Below are positions 34,083-44,808 of a stretch of DNA of 64,000 nt, one piece after another (position 1 is the stretch's first letter; the number at the start of each line of letters is the position of its first letter). The notes below the pieces were generated by a model. It did not search any database and had not been told where the DNA came from. It saw nothing but the letters and a program-made list of their open reading frames with translations. The position numbers and the translations under genes were made by a program. Origin of the DNA: an uncultured Verrucomicrobiae bacterium (GTDB lineage Bacteria; Verrucomicrobiota; Verrucomicrobiia; Chthoniobacterales; JAFAMB01); NCBI GenBank assembly GCA_963813025.1, contig CAWEXO010000009.1:128001-192000 (forward strand), read 5' to 3'.

Positions 34083-34571
34083 CTATTTAAAACCGTCTGC
34101 GCCCGCCTCGGCGCACTGCCCGTCCTGGTGCGTAGTCCCGCCAGAAATTCCGAGGGCCCCGACAATTTTGCCGTCGATGAGAAGGGGAACGCCGCCCTCA
34201 ACCGGGATCGCAGCGCGCAGCCGCAGCACCCGCAGACCGTCTCCGCCAGAGGCCAATACGTCCTCGAAAGCCTTGGTTGGACGTTTAAACAACGCCGCCG
34301 AACGCGCCTTGTCGATGGCAACATCGGTGCTGCCGATCTGGGTATTGTCCATTTTCTCGAAGTAAACCAGGTTGCCGCCGGTATCCACAACCGCCGCCGC
34401 CACGGTCCAATTGTTCTTACGCGCCTCCGCAAGCGCCGGAGCAACGGCCTTCTTGGCGTTTTCCAGGTTAATCGAAGGCCCATAGGAATTCGGCATCTGT
34501 GCCAGCCCTCTTGAGGCGCACAATGCGAATGTCAGGAAAAGCACAACCTTCATTACGGTAGGTGATGCCAT
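34083..34571 (-). CDS. GlcG/HbpS-family heme-binding protein, secreted
   Basis: Signal peptide; AVVDTGGNLV, KARSAALF and EGGVPLLIDGKIVGALGISGG..QD. Confidence 0.9.
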   Translation of the reverse strand: MASPTVMKVVLFLTFALCASRGLAQMPNSYGPSINLENAKKAVAPALAEARKNNWTVAAAVVDTGGNLVYFEKMDNTQIGSTDVAIDKARSAALFKRPTKAFEDVLASGGDGLRVLRLRAAIPVEGGVPLLIDGKIVGALGISGGTTHQDGQCAEAGADGFK

Positions 34572-34729
34572 GGGGAACCTCTTTTCGCCGTTCTACCGGG
34601 GAATGTATGCTATTCGGCTTCCTTCACGCAAGCCTCTCCCGACGAGACGCGGCTCTCCCTCAAGGGCCCAATTAACCGCGCTGCGCCGATTCCCAGCCAG
34701 ACGAAACGAAAGAAGTCGCGGATGGCTTG

Positions 34730-35815
34730 TTATCTTTCGATGAGATGAACGATGCGATCGGGTTTGCGGTACGCCTCGTAGATAAGCAGGATCTCCAGCG
34801 CGTCGTCCAGAGTGCCCCGTTCGGGTCCTTTTCCTTCCAGCAAGCGCGTGGTGTAGCTGATGATTTCCGGCGCGTAACCGAGGAGAAAAAGGCCCTTGTT
34901 GTGGAGTTGGCCAAGGGAGAATTCTGGTTCCCAGTGCAGCGGAGCACACTCATCATCCATGATATTGAAATAGTCGCCGGAGCGCCCGTAACTCTGCTTT
35001 TGTTTGCCGCTCCGGTACAAGGTGACACGAGTGTTGTTTTCGATGACAACATTTTCACCCTCGCCGATAACTTCCGTTCGTTCGAGGAACGAGCTGAATG
35101 ACTGGCCGTGACTGAAGATAAGGTTGCCAATTGCGCCGCTCTTAAATTGGAGCGAAACGCTGGCCGCGCCAGAGAAACTGCGGGTGACGAAGAGCGATTC
35201 GAGCAATCCTCCAAGGAGCAGCAGAACGGAGTGAGGATGGACGAAGTGATCGAGAAACCCGACCATCTTACGGTTGTCGGAGCGTTCTTCGTAAGTGGGG
35301 AGGGATTGCGGATAGCGCGCGGTGATGCAGTTGATGCGGCCGAACTCGGCGCGGCTGGACAGGGCCTTTGCTTTCAGATTGGCTGGGACAAACATTTTCT
35401 TGAAACCAACCGCAACGTGCCGGCCGGTTTCAACGCTGACGCGGATCATTTCCCGGACTTCCCGAGAAGTGCCTGCCGGCGGCTTTTCGATCCAGGCATG
35501 GGCGCCGCCTGCATGCAGTCAATGGCGAGCGCGGGAAAAACCGGGAGATGTTGAGCATCGTAGTTCGTCACGATAAAAACCAGTTCGGGCTTTTCCGCGG
35601 CAAGCATCTCGTGGTGATTTGTGTAGGTTCTCTGGGCGCCGAAAAGGCGGGCGCAATGCGCCGCTTGCTCCGGCTGGAGATCGCAGATCGCCACAAGGTC
35701 GACCGGGGCGAAGGCGAATGTAGGATAGACGTTGCGGAAAGCGTGAGCTCCCGCGCCGATGAAACAGGCGCGCAGTTTGCGCGGGTATTCGGAGTTGTAA
35801 GTGACGTGCTCGATA
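34730..35815 (-). pseudogene. Gfo/Idh/MocA oxidoreductase with frameshift
   Basis: FIGAGAHA N-terminus. A frameshift near 35506 interrupts A-G-A-H-A-W-I-E-K-P. No in-frame ATG (ATC at the expected start). Confidence 0.75.
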
Positions 35816-35836
35816 CAAAAGGGATGTCTCCGGAGA

Positions 35837-36202
35837 TTATTGGCTGATGGTCTGGCGATCCGCAGAGGTAAAGACAATGAAGAGGAGTGCATCCGAACGT
35901 CCAACGTTGGTGGCGCGATGCCAGACGTTGGGCTGCACAGTAACCGTATCGCCCGGGTTCATCTCCGCTTCCATCCCATCGGGCATCGTGTGGCGGATGT
36001 TGCCCTGGATCACAATGAGAATTTCGCTGCAATTGGGGTGAAAGTGGCGAGGATTGCTGCAGCCAGGCTTAAGCCGGCAGCTTCCCACCGTAACTTCGCT
36101 ACTGTTGCCTAGAGAGCCGCTGGCGTACCACTTGAGACCGCCCCATGCGAATTCGACCCTTTCCGCCTTTTCGGCAGAGACTAACTGAATGGTTTCTGGC
36201 AT
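35837..36202 (-). CDS. Cupin-domain protein
   Basis: PRHFHPNCSEIL...G and PGDTVTVQPNVWH cupin motifs. Confidence 0.9.
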   Translation of the reverse strand: MPETIQLVSAEKAERVEFAWGGLKWYASGSLGNSSEVTVGSCRLKPGCSNPRHFHPNCSEILIVIQGNIRHTMPDGMEAEMNPGDTVTVQPNVWHRATNVGRSDALLFIVFTSADRQTISQ

Positions 36203-36271
36203 GGTTTTATGAGATCATAGAGGATTTTCATTGCAAGGCGTCCCGGTTGCCTGACTAAAGTCGCGTTCCTC

Positions 36272-36502
36272 GTGCAATCTTTGTTCGCGCTAAACGCGGA
36301 ATACTATTTTGGTGACAAAGGCAGTCTTGAAGCGGTCGATTGCTTTCCCTTACGGCCACAAGATTTTGCCAACCGGCTCGAGGATTCACTGGCTAAGCCG
36401 ATGCAAACACCGTTCGACCTTAAGTTGGCCACGCGGCGGATGCAGACTTTGTGGAAGGATACCATCAGTCTCACTCAGGGCCGCTACCTTCCAACAGATT
36501 GA
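36272..36502 (+). pseudogene. C-terminal fragment of a nucleotidyltransferase/DUF4037-like protein
   Basis: QSLFALNAEYYFGDKGSLEAV...P.DF..RL. No N-terminus is visible. Confidence 0.4.
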
Positions 36503-36511
36503 GAGTAGGCT

Positions 36512-37714
36512 ATGGCAACAAACCTCCTTCATCTGGGCGCCTATAGCGATTGGTTTGCCGTGGCAAAACGTCAAGCCGAGCTTTATCCCGTCGCTCCGCC
36601 TGGCGCAGAGACACAGCGGCTGATCCGTGAAACGCTCGGATTCTCCCGCATCGATCCGGTTGCCGCGGATGTTCGTATCGAGGCAACTTGGGAACGGGAT
36701 GGACTTCTTGGTCAGGAGATATCCTGGTCCGTCGGCTACGGACCGAAGACGCGCGCCTGGCTGTTGAAACCTGCGCACATCGAGCGGCCGCTGCCTGGAG
36801 TGCTGGCCCTTCATGGGCATGACGGAATGAAGTTCTTCGGCAAAGAGAAAATAGCGGACGGTAATGAGCCTATACCGAACGCGGTGAAAAAGCTTCGAAC
36901 GCAACTCTACGACGACCGAGCTTTCGCAAACGATCTGGCTCGAGAGGGTTTTGTTGTTTTGGCATACGATGTGTTCCTGTGGGGCAGTCGTCGCTTTCCC
37001 CTTGAGACCATGCCCGAATCAAGTCGCCGACTCGCCGGACAACGGAGAAAGACAGGAAAGACGTCAGCGGAGAAACCGGACGAAGTCGAGCGCTATGAGA
37101 GAGCTGCTCGGGATCACGAGCATGTGATCGCGAAATACTGCAACCTGCTCGGCACCACTCTTGCCGGTGTCGTGAATTTCGAGGATCGCACCGCGTTGCG
37201 CTATTTGCGTTCGCGTCCGGATGTAAGCGCCGGTCCAATCGGCTGCGTGGGTCTGTCCGGCGGCGGATGTCGCGCCGCGCTGCTCCAAGCAACCAGTGGC
37301 GAGATCGGGGCCGCGGTGATCGTCGGCATGATGAGCACTCACCCGAAGCTGTTGGATCGTCACCTCGCTTGCCACACCTGGATGTTTTTTCCGCCGGGTC
37401 TGGCCCGGTTCGCGGACTGGCCCGATCTTGCGGCCAGTCGCGCGCCGTCGCCTTTGCTCGTGCAATACGATCGGCACGATGAGCTTTTTCCTCTTGACGG
37501 CATGCGCGCCGCTCATGAGCGCATCGCGGCTTACTACGCGCAGGCTGGGCGAGCCGAAGCCTATCAAGGGAAATTCTACGATGGACCACACAAATTTGAC
37601 TCGGTCATGCAGGCCGACGCCTTTGCCTGGCTACGGGCTCAACTGCTAGGTACCGCTACGCCGACCGAAACCGCCAGCGGCAGGACGCCGATGCGACACC
37701 ACCCAAAACCATGA
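36512..37714 (+). CDS. Alpha/beta hydrolase (dienelactone hydrolase / acetyl esterase-like)
   Basis: LALHGH, nucleophile elbow GLSGGG, DELFP and GPHKF catalytic His. Confidence 0.85.
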   Translation: MATNLLHLGAYSDWFAVAKRQAELYPVAPPGAETQRLIRETLGFSRIDPVAADVRIEATWERDGLLGQEISWSVGYGPKTRAWLLKPAHIERPLPGVLALHGHDGMKFFGKEKIADGNEPIPNAVKKLRTQLYDDRAFANDLAREGFVVLAYDVFLWGSRRFPLETMPESSRRLAGQRRKTGKTSAEKPDEVERYERAARDHEHVIAKYCNLLGTTLAGVVNFEDRTALRYLRSRPDVSAGPIGCVGLSGGGCRAALLQATSGEIGAAVIVGMMSTHPKLLDRHLACHTWMFFPPGLARFADWPDLAASRAPSPLLVQYDRHDELFPLDGMRAAHERIAAYYAQAGRAEAYQGKFYDGPHKFDSVMQADAFAWLRAQLLGTATPTETASGRTPMRHHPKP

Positions 37715-37715
37715 G

Positions 37716-38108
37716 CTATACAACTCGATACTCTTTGAATCGAAGATTTCGGATCCGTCGAAAATGGCGAACATCGCGGGTGACCAACGGAATTTGAAAA
37801 TGCAGGGCCGTGGCGGCAATCAAAATGTCGAAATCACCGATCATCTGGCCGGCTGATCGCAGCTCCCTCCGAAGACGGCTTCCCTTTTCTGCGACCCCAG
37901 TATCAACGTGGAGACAGCGAAACAAACCAGCGATTCGCCAACCTTCAGAGGTGTTCGAAAAACCTTCGAGAAACTCCAGAACAGTGACTACCGAAATCGC
38001 AAACTGATCGTCTCGATTTTCACTGAGAAAGCGGAGCGCTGTGCCGTTTCTGTTTCTCGTACGTTCCCTCTGCAGATCGATCAGGAAACCCGTATCGAGC
38101 AACATCAT
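37716..38108 (-). CDS. vapC: PIN-domain toxin VapC
   Basis: LLDTGFLID, VTVLEF, IGDFDILIAATAL and LVTRDVRHF. ATGA overlap with the antitoxin gene. Confidence 0.93.
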   Translation of the reverse strand: MMLLDTGFLIDLQRERTRNRNGTALRFLSENRDDQFAISVVTVLEFLEGFSNTSEGWRIAGLFRCLHVDTGVAEKGSRLRRELRSAGQMIGDFDILIAATALHFQIPLVTRDVRHFRRIRNLRFKEYRVV

Positions 38109-38350
38109 TTCGTTGCCCATTTCGAAGGTGAGATTGTTCTTGCGCGCTGTCTCTCCCAGTAAGAGGAAGCCTCAAGGTCCGCGGCGATGACCGGAAGCTT
38201 TGCCAGCTGGGACAGAATATTTGCTCCAGACGATTCTTCCGCGTCAAAATGCGCCCGCCGCACAACCTCAGAAAAGGATTCACCCTCGCGCTTCGCCGCC
38301 CGGAGCTTTTCGTAGGCATCGAGTTCAAGCGAAATGGTTTTCGTAGCCAT
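38105..38350 (-). CDS. vapB: VapB-type antitoxin (DUF217-like)
   Basis: MATKTISLELDAYEKLRAAKREGESFSEVVRR, directly upstream of vapC. Confidence 0.85.
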   Translation of the reverse strand: MATKTISLELDAYEKLRAAKREGESFSEVVRRAHFDAEESSGANILSQLAKLPVIAADLEASSYWERQRARTISPSKWATK

Positions 38351-38365
38351 GCATGAGACCATGCA
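38350..38365. promoter_or_regulatory. Putative vapBC autoregulatory operator
   Basis: Inverted repeat TGCATG-AGAC-CATGCA abutting the antitoxin start codon. Confidence 0.5.
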
Positions 38366-38452
38366 CGAAACATCGGGTCCGATCAACGGTTTTCAGCTCC
38401 CCCCTTGAGTGAAAGACCCTTCAGCCGGCCATGACTTATCGGCTTTCAGTCA

Positions 38453-39022
38453 TCAGTGATCGGCCATTCGATCATCGGCTATCGGCGCGAAAGCGCCCCG
38501 TTCCGCTTTTAAGGAAAAGGCGAGCGGAAGCCAAGGTTTGTCTGGCCAGCGGTACAAACGGTCCGGGCCTTGGCTAAGCTGATTAAACATCTTCCACTCT
38601 GTCGCAGCGTGCTCATGCAGCCAGCGCAACGTGAGCCCGGCCGCTAGTAAGCCGCCAGTAATCTCGCTCAAGGGGTGCATCCATTCGTAGGACAGCGCGT
38701 TTCGCAGCAACGCTTCGCTGGCATAATCGTGCGGGTCGTCAATTACCACCGGCTCGGTTTGAAAATAGGGGGTGAAGTATCCTGGCAAGCCTTCTGGTGT
38801 TCGCTTGGCACTGTCAAAGACGTAGGCAAAAGGATGTCCATCCGCCAGGTAGAGGGAACCGCCCGGTTTCAAAAAGTACGCGACAATTTCTGCCCATCTG
38901 CCGATATCCGGAAGCCAGACAATTGTTCCCCAAGTAGAGTAGACTAGATCGAATGACGCGAGTTCAGGAATTGTTTCCGCAGCGTCGTACAAATCTGCTT
39001 CAACAAACTTTGCTCGCTCAGT
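38453..39022 (-). pseudogene. 5'-truncated class I SAM-dependent methyltransferase
   Basis: AKFVEADLYDA...FDLVYSTWGTIVWLPD...LKPGG. Motif I and the start are missing. Confidence 0.8.
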
Positions 39023-39205
39023 GAACCACCGTCTTGTTTTCCTTCGTCGCCATGAGCAGCAGATCCGGTTGCCATTTCAGCTTTCTTCGAAAATCTTCGC
39101 GCAAATCATTGCCGTGACCAGCTAAACCGCATCGTTCCCAAACTTCAACGACCGCCGCTTCGTCCTCGGTGGACAAGTTCGAATCGTCAGGTTGCTATCG
39201 GGCAT
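39019..39205 (-). pseudogene. N-terminal fragment of a GNAT acetyltransferase (YpeA-like)
   Basis: MPDSNLTIR, then a frameshift, then EDEAAVVEVWERCGL...NDLREDFRRKLKWQPDLLLMA. Ends at the junction with the methyltransferase fragment. Confidence 0.65.
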
Positions 39206-39320
39206 CGCGAAACGCTCCAATGAATGTTTGTAGTTGGCTTGGCCGTAGGGAAAGAAATATTGAGCGCTCCGATTGCCTCTATCCAGTTGAGCGACGAATT
39301 GTGAAGAGGAGAAATTGCCT

Positions 39321-40430
39321 ATGAGCGCATTGCTTTTCACCCCGTGGAAAATCAGGGAGGTTGGGCTTCGTAACCGGATCGGCGTTTCGCCCATGTGTCA
39401 GTATTGGGCGACCAACGGATTCGCGTCGGACTGGCATCTGGTTCACCTGGGTTCGCGAGCAGTTGGTGGCGCCGGCCTGGTAATGACGGAAGCGTCGGCG
39501 GTCGAGGCGCGGGGCCGGATTACCCCCGCTGATCTCGGAATCTGGTCGGACGAACACATTCCAATGTTGTCCCGCATCGCCGATTTCATTCACAGCTACG
39601 GTGCGGTCGCCGGCGTGCAATTGGCGCATGCCGGGCGCAAGGGCAGCGCGGCACGCCCTTGGGAGGGTGGGCGATCTTTGTCCGACGAAGAAGGCGGTTG
39701 GGAAACCGTTGCGCCAAACTCGCTCGCCTTCGGAGGTCCGAAGAACGAACTCTGGCGAGTGCCTCACGAATTGACGGAGGAAGAAATCGCAGTGGTCCAG
39801 GCTGCTTTCGTATCGGCCGCCCAGCGTGCTTTGACCGCTGGGTTCCGATTGGTCGAACTGCATTTTGCTCATGGTTACCTGGGACACAGTTTTCTCTCAC
39901 CAATTACCAACCAGCGAACCGATCGGTACGGCGGTTCGTTTGAGAACCGGATTCGTTTCGCCATCGAAACAGTGCAGCGGGTCAGGTCGGTCTGGCCGGA
40001 CTCGTTGCCCTTAGCAATGCGGATCTCCGCAACCGATTGGATCGATGGCGGCTGGGATATCGAACAAACCGTCGAGCTGGCCAGAAGGTTAACCCCTTTG
40101 GGTGTTGATCTCCTTGATTGCAGCTCGGGCGGTATCGCGCCTGGTGTTCGCTATGACACCCGCACTGCCTACCAAGTTCCTTTTGCGGAGCGCGTCTTGA
40201 AAGAGGTAGGACTGCCAACTGCGGCGGTTGGTTCAATTACCGAGCCGAAGGTTGCCGAGGAGATCCTGCAGCAGGGCCGGGCTACTCTGATCTTTTTGGC
40301 TCGAGCGATGTTGGACGACCCGTACTGGCCGCTGCATGCCAGCTTTCAACTGGATATCCGCCGTGAGGTCAATCTGCCGCCGCCCTATGAGTATGTTTTG
40401 CAAAACCCAATCACCGCGACCCACAACTGA
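39321..40430 (+). CDS. NADH:flavin oxidoreductase (Old Yellow Enzyme, YqjM/NamA-like)
   Basis: SPMCQY, HLGSRAVGG, QLAHAGRK, HFAHGYL, RTDRYGGSFENR and RISATDW. Confidence 0.94.
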   Translation: MSALLFTPWKIREVGLRNRIGVSPMCQYWATNGFASDWHLVHLGSRAVGGAGLVMTEASAVEARGRITPADLGIWSDEHIPMLSRIADFIHSYGAVAGVQLAHAGRKGSAARPWEGGRSLSDEEGGWETVAPNSLAFGGPKNELWRVPHELTEEEIAVVQAAFVSAAQRALTAGFRLVELHFAHGYLGHSFLSPITNQRTDRYGGSFENRIRFAIETVQRVRSVWPDSLPLAMRISATDWIDGGWDIEQTVELARRLTPLGVDLLDCSSGGIAPGVRYDTRTAYQVPFAERVLKEVGLPTAAVGSITEPKVAEEILQQGRATLIFLARAMLDDPYWPLHASFQLDIRREVNLPPPYEYVLQNPITATHN

Positions 40431-40496
40431 AGAGCGTGCGCGTTACGTAGCGTGGGACGGGACCGTGGCGCGACCTAAGACGCACGGCGCCGAGTT

Positions 40497-40627
40497 GGTA
40501 GGGCGAAAATTCATTCGAGCTTTAGCGAGAACTTGTTTGAGCCGGACACCGGAGTGATCAACGCTCCAGACGGCTTAAACAAGTTCTCGCCTGGCGCTCG
40601 TCCGCCCAGGCGGATCGCCCCCATCGG
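40497..40627. repeat. GTAG-capped long palindrome (REPIN/MITE-like)
   Basis: Left arm identical to 17282-17329. The right arm CGGCTTAAACAAGTTCTCGC carries an embedded TCCGCCCAGGCGGA mini-hairpin. Confidence 0.85.
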
Positions 40628-41012
40628 CACAGGACAGTGCGGCATTATCAGACAATATCTAACCCTGGCGTGACCCATCGCTTGATTGCACGTGCTACGA
40701 GTTGCCCAAAGTCCGACAGACCCTGCACCCCTCGTCCGTACTCGGGTAGCGGCACCAATGCTTACGCGATTTCCTTTGGCTCCGAAGAGGTCTTAATGCC
40801 AGAGCCAACAGACCCTATGAAGTCTGGATCACTTAGGTTGACAGGCGGCGCAAAGATAAAGAAGCTGAATATGCCATCCCCCAGATCCTCTTAAAAGTCG
40901 CCGCTCCAGCCCAAAAATTTTGCCGGAGGCCAGCGACGGTTTTCGAGTCACGGTAAGGGATCGTGCAAGACCCTTCGTATTGACATCAACCTTCAGACAA
41001 AGATCAACTTCC

Positions 41013-42119
41013 ATGCCTATCCTTAGCATTCGCGCTCTGGCGCTTAATGACGATGAACCCTGCGGTCAGCACGCACAGCCGCGGCAGTCTGTAAGAGAGA
41101 CGGTTTCCGGCCGCCTCCACTACCTGTTGCGGTCAGGTCTAACCGGGGCCCTGGCGGCTCTCGCTGCACCGGTGCTCGCCCTCTTCGGCGGAGCAACACT
41201 GTCATCCGCTGCTGCCTCCAGCGATCAGATCCTGATCGGACTCGTCACCAAGACCGAGGTTAATCCATATTTCGTCAAGCTGCGGCAAGCAGCAACCGCC
41301 GAGGCCGAGGCGAAGGGAGGAAAACTAATTGCCCGGTTCGGTAAGTTCGACGGCGATAACGAAGGACAGGTGGCCGCCGTTGAGGACCTGATCAGCGCGG
41401 GCGTAAAGGGTATCCTGCTCACCCCAAACAATTCTACCGGAATGCTCGGCGTCATAAAAAAGGCACGCGACAAGGGTATTCTCGTGATCGCGCTCGACAC
41501 CGCGACCGATCCGGCTGATGCCGTCGATGCGACGCTCGCCACGGACAACTTCGAGGCGGGTGTCCTGCAAGGGGAATACGCTAAGAAGGCCCTCGGCGGC
41601 AAACCCGCAAGACTGGCGATGCTTGACGGCACGCCTGGCGGAACCGTCGATACGCAGCGGCACAACGGATTTTTAAAAGGGTTTGGAATCAAGGAAGGTG
41701 ATCCCGCCATTGTTGGGAAGGCGATTACGCATGGCGCCCAGGATGAAGGACAGACCGCGATGGAAAATCTCCTCACGGCGCATCCTGATATTAACGTCGT
41801 TTATACGATCAACGAACCGGCCGCCCAAGGCGCCTACGCGGCAATCAAGGCCCGCGGCAAAACGAAGAATATCGTCCTGACTTCAATCGATGGCGGTTGC
41901 TTGGGCGTGAAGTATGTCCATGATGGAAAGATCGCCGCAACGGTGATGCAGTTCCCGAAAATTATGGCCACACGCGGTGTCGACTATGTCGTTGATTTTG
42001 CCAAGACCGAGAAGAAACCGAGCGGATTCATTAACACTGGCGCCAAGCTAATTACCGACAAGCCTCTCGGTCTTCCGGCGAAGGATACGAAATGGGGCTC
42101 TGAGAATTGTTGGGGATAG
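41013..42119 (+). CDS. Sugar ABC substrate-binding protein (FrcB-like)
   Basis: GLVTKTEVNPYFVKLR, DGDNEGQ, ATDNFEAG, YTINEPAA and ENCWG. The start is uncertain. Confidence 0.9.
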   Translation: MPILSIRALALNDDEPCGQHAQPRQSVRETVSGRLHYLLRSGLTGALAALAAPVLALFGGATLSSAAASSDQILIGLVTKTEVNPYFVKLRQAATAEAEAKGGKLIARFGKFDGDNEGQVAAVEDLISAGVKGILLTPNNSTGMLGVIKKARDKGILVIALDTATDPADAVDATLATDNFEAGVLQGEYAKKALGGKPARLAMLDGTPGGTVDTQRHNGFLKGFGIKEGDPAIVGKAITHGAQDEGQTAMENLLTAHPDINVVYTINEPAAQGAYAAIKARGKTKNIVLTSIDGGCLGVKYVHDGKIAATVMQFPKIMATRGVDYVVDFAKTEKKPSGFINTGAKLITDKPLGLPAKDTKWGSENCWG

Positions 42120-42158
42120 CTCGTTGGGCTGAGGCGCGGCCTCGCTAGTCGATCAACA

Positions 42159-43172
42159 TTGAGTGCGGAACTGCAGACTGCGGATCGTAGACCGAGGCCA
42201 AAATCACTGAGCGTCAGCGTGACGTGGTTGGGTCGGATTGTATTGACTCCGACGTTCGGGCCGCTGGTCGTTCTGCTTCTGTTTGGCGTAGTATTTTCCT
42301 TGGCCACGCGCACGTTCCTGGCCGCCGGCAATCTCTCGCTGATCGTCCAGCAGAGCGTGATTGTGGGCACTCTGGCGATTGGCCAGACCTTGGTCATTCT
42401 CACGGCCGGGATTGACTTGGCCAACGGCGGAATTGCCGTTCTCGGAACGATCATTGCTGGAAAGCTTGTTGCCAACCATCAAGATCCGGCGCTTTCGCTC
42501 CTTTTTGCGCTGGCAGTCTGCACCTGTTTCGGACTGATCTCCGGGGTGTTGGTGAGTCGCCTGATGCTGCCACCGTTTATCGTCACGCTTGGTCTACTCG
42601 GGATTATCACCGCAACGACGCGTCTGGTGGCCGGAGGCGGTGCGTTTCCGGTGACCGATGATCTGCTCGGTTGGACGGGAAACGCGTTCGCTGTCGGGGA
42701 TACCTCGATCACCTATGGCATGATCATCATGTTCGGCCTCTACGCGCTTTTGTGGTACTTACTAACGCAAACCGCCTGGGGCCGGCACGTCTACGCCATC
42801 GGAAATAATCGGGAAGCGGCTCGGCTGGTCGGCATCCCCGTGCAGAGCAGACTCCTTACGGTCTACACCTTTGCTGGTCTGCTCTACGGAATCACTGCCT
42901 GGCTAGCCTTAGGCCGTATTCCGAACGCCGATCCGAACGCGCTGCAGTCTGCGAATCTGGACAGCATCACCGCGGTGGTTATCGGCGGAACGAGCTTGTT
43001 TGGCGGCCGCGGAAACATCTGGGGAACTCTGGTTGGAACACTGATCGTCACCGTCCTGCGTAACGGCCTCACGCTTACGGGCATCGACCCGCTTTGGCAG
43101 GATCTCGTCACCGGTATCCTCGTGATCAGCGCGGTCGCACTGGATCAGATTTCGCGAAAGAGACAACGATGA
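42159..43172 (+). CDS. Sugar ABC permease (FrcC-like)
   Basis: LTAGIDL, WGRHVYAIGNNREAARLVG and LDSITAVVIGGTSLFGGRG. Confidence 0.92.
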   Translation: MSAELQTADRRPRPKSLSVSVTWLGRIVLTPTFGPLVVLLLFGVVFSLATRTFLAAGNLSLIVQQSVIVGTLAIGQTLVILTAGIDLANGGIAVLGTIIAGKLVANHQDPALSLLFALAVCTCFGLISGVLVSRLMLPPFIVTLGLLGIITATTRLVAGGGAFPVTDDLLGWTGNAFAVGDTSITYGMIIMFGLYALLWYLLTQTAWGRHVYAIGNNREAARLVGIPVQSRLLTVYTFAGLLYGITAWLALGRIPNADPNALQSANLDSITAVVIGGTSLFGGRGNIWGTLVGTLIVTVLRNGLTLTGIDPLWQDLVTGILVISAVALDQISRKRQR

Positions 43173-44002
43173 GTAGAGAGGTTGAGAAGAAGCCCGCCCT
43201 CCCCCTCCCAGGAACCGTGGTTCTGGAAGCACGCGGGATTACTAAACGGTACGGGCATGTCACCGCGCTTGACCATGCTGACCTGGAATTACGCGCGGGT
43301 GAAATACTCGCGATCGTGGGGGATAATGGTGCTGGCAAAAGCACCCTGATCAAGGTCCTTTGCGGCGCGGTCGTTCCGGATGCAGGACAGGTTCTTCTTG
43401 ATGGCAAACCGGTTCATTTTCGGAGTCCTCTGGAGGCGCGCAAACTTGGGATTGAGACTGTTTACCAGGATCTCGCCGTTGCTCCGGCGCTTGATATCGC
43501 GACCAATCTCTTTCTAGGGCGAGAAGTGCGCCGGAGCGGGCTCCTCGGATCCTGCTTGCGGCTGCTCGACAAGAAGAGGATGCGGCGCGAAGCGCAGCAG
43601 GAGATGGATGCGCTGAAGTTTCATCTTCCTTCGATCGACAGCGCAGTTGAGAAACTCTCCGGCGGACAACGACAGGGCGTGGCGGTCGCCCGCGCCGCGA
43701 TCTTTGCCCGCCGGCTGGCGATCATGGATGAACCCACCGCGGCACTGGGTGTTCGCGAGTCAGGTCAGGTGCTCAGCTTGATTCGGACAATTCGGGACCG
43801 CGGACTTCCGGTGATCCTTATTAGCCACGATATGCCGCATGTGTTCGAGGTGGCGGATCGTATTCAGATCATGCGTCTGGGTCGTGGCGCCGCCGTCACT
43901 ACGCCGCAGCGCCATACCATGTCGGAAGTAGTCGCTATCATGACTGGCGCGGCCAAAGGAGATGGGCTGCCGGCTGCATCGAATGAGGCGAGCCCGGCGT
44001 AG
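43169..44002 (+). CDS. Sugar ABC ATPase (single domain, FrcA-like)
   Basis: GDNGAGKST, LSGGQRQ and MDEPTAALG. Confidence 0.93.
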   Translation: MSREVEKKPALPLPGTVVLEARGITKRYGHVTALDHADLELRAGEILAIVGDNGAGKSTLIKVLCGAVVPDAGQVLLDGKPVHFRSPLEARKLGIETVYQDLAVAPALDIATNLFLGREVRRSGLLGSCLRLLDKKRMRREAQQEMDALKFHLPSIDSAVEKLSGGQRQGVAVARAAIFARRLAIMDEPTAALGVRESGQVLSLIRTIRDRGLPVILISHDMPHVFEVADRIQIMRLGRGAAVTTPQRHTMSEVVAIMTGAAKGDGLPAASNEASPA

Positions 44003-44056
44003 GCTGATGCTTGAGAAGCATCGGCCTGGCTCGATTAAAATGCTTTTTGTAGTTGC

Positions 44057-44080
44057 TCGTGCATCATGTATCATGCACGA
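44057..44080. promoter_or_regulatory. Putative GntR/FCD operator
   Basis: Inverted repeat TCGTGCAT-N8-ATGCACGA with internal ATCATG repeats, 9 bp before the regulator ATG. Confidence 0.55.
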
Positions 44081-44089
44081 TACTGCGCG

Positions 44090-44779
44090 ATGTCGGAGAC
44101 CTTGGTCAAACCTCTTGAGCGCAAATTGATTGCACCGCCCTGGTCGAGCCTCGCCGCAATCGCTTACGAAGCGATTGTCGAAGGCATCCTGACTGGCGTT
44201 CTTCCCGCTGGCTGGCAGATCAGCATCGCCAGCGTCGCTCAGCAGTTGAAGATGAGCAACACCCCCGTGCGCGAAGCGTTAAGCAGAGTTGCCGCCGAAC
44301 GACTAATCACACTCTCCGCCAATCGCGGCTATACCGTCGCTCCGCGCATCTCCGAACAAGACTACCATCAATTATTCGAAGCTCGACGCATCCTCGAGCT
44401 CGCGGCGATCAAATCTGCGATCATCAACTCGGAAACCACCTCGAGAGTGACCAACGTGATGAAACGGTTTGCTGGGACTGACTCCAGTCCAGAGTACAGG
44501 CATTATCGAGATTTCAATCGCGCAGATCGCGAATTTCATCTGGCTCTCGTGCAGATGTCTCGCAATCGATTTCTGTGCCATGCTTGGGAACAGTTACATT
44601 TTCATCTGCAGGTCGGGCGCCTTTACGCCGGCGCCGGCATCATTGACCATAAGGAAGCCTGCAACGAGCATGAGCGAATCTTCGCTGCGCTGAAAGCGGA
44701 CGATCGGAAGAAAGTCCTGAAGTGCGTCGGCGAACACATCCACGCGGCCAAGCGGCGTCTAACTCAACTTTTTCCCTGA
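44090..44779 (+). CDS. GntR-family regulator with FCD domain
   Basis: wHTH SNTPVREAL; FCD motifs DREFHLALV..SRN and EHERI. Confidence 0.93.
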   Translation: MSETLVKPLERKLIAPPWSSLAAIAYEAIVEGILTGVLPAGWQISIASVAQQLKMSNTPVREALSRVAAERLITLSANRGYTVAPRISEQDYHQLFEARRILELAAIKSAIINSETTSRVTNVMKRFAGTDSSPEYRHYRDFNRADREFHLALVQMSRNRFLCHAWEQLHFHLQVGRLYAGAGIIDHKEACNEHERIFAALKADDRKKVLKCVGEHIHAAKRRLTQLFP

Positions 44780-44808
44780 AGATCCAGAACCGCACCCCAG
44801 AAACAAAT

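Noticed and set aside
40630..41010. Riboswitch or ncRNA upstream of the FrcB-like gene
   Set aside because: No recognisable aptamer motif or terminator/antiterminator pair could be identified by eye.
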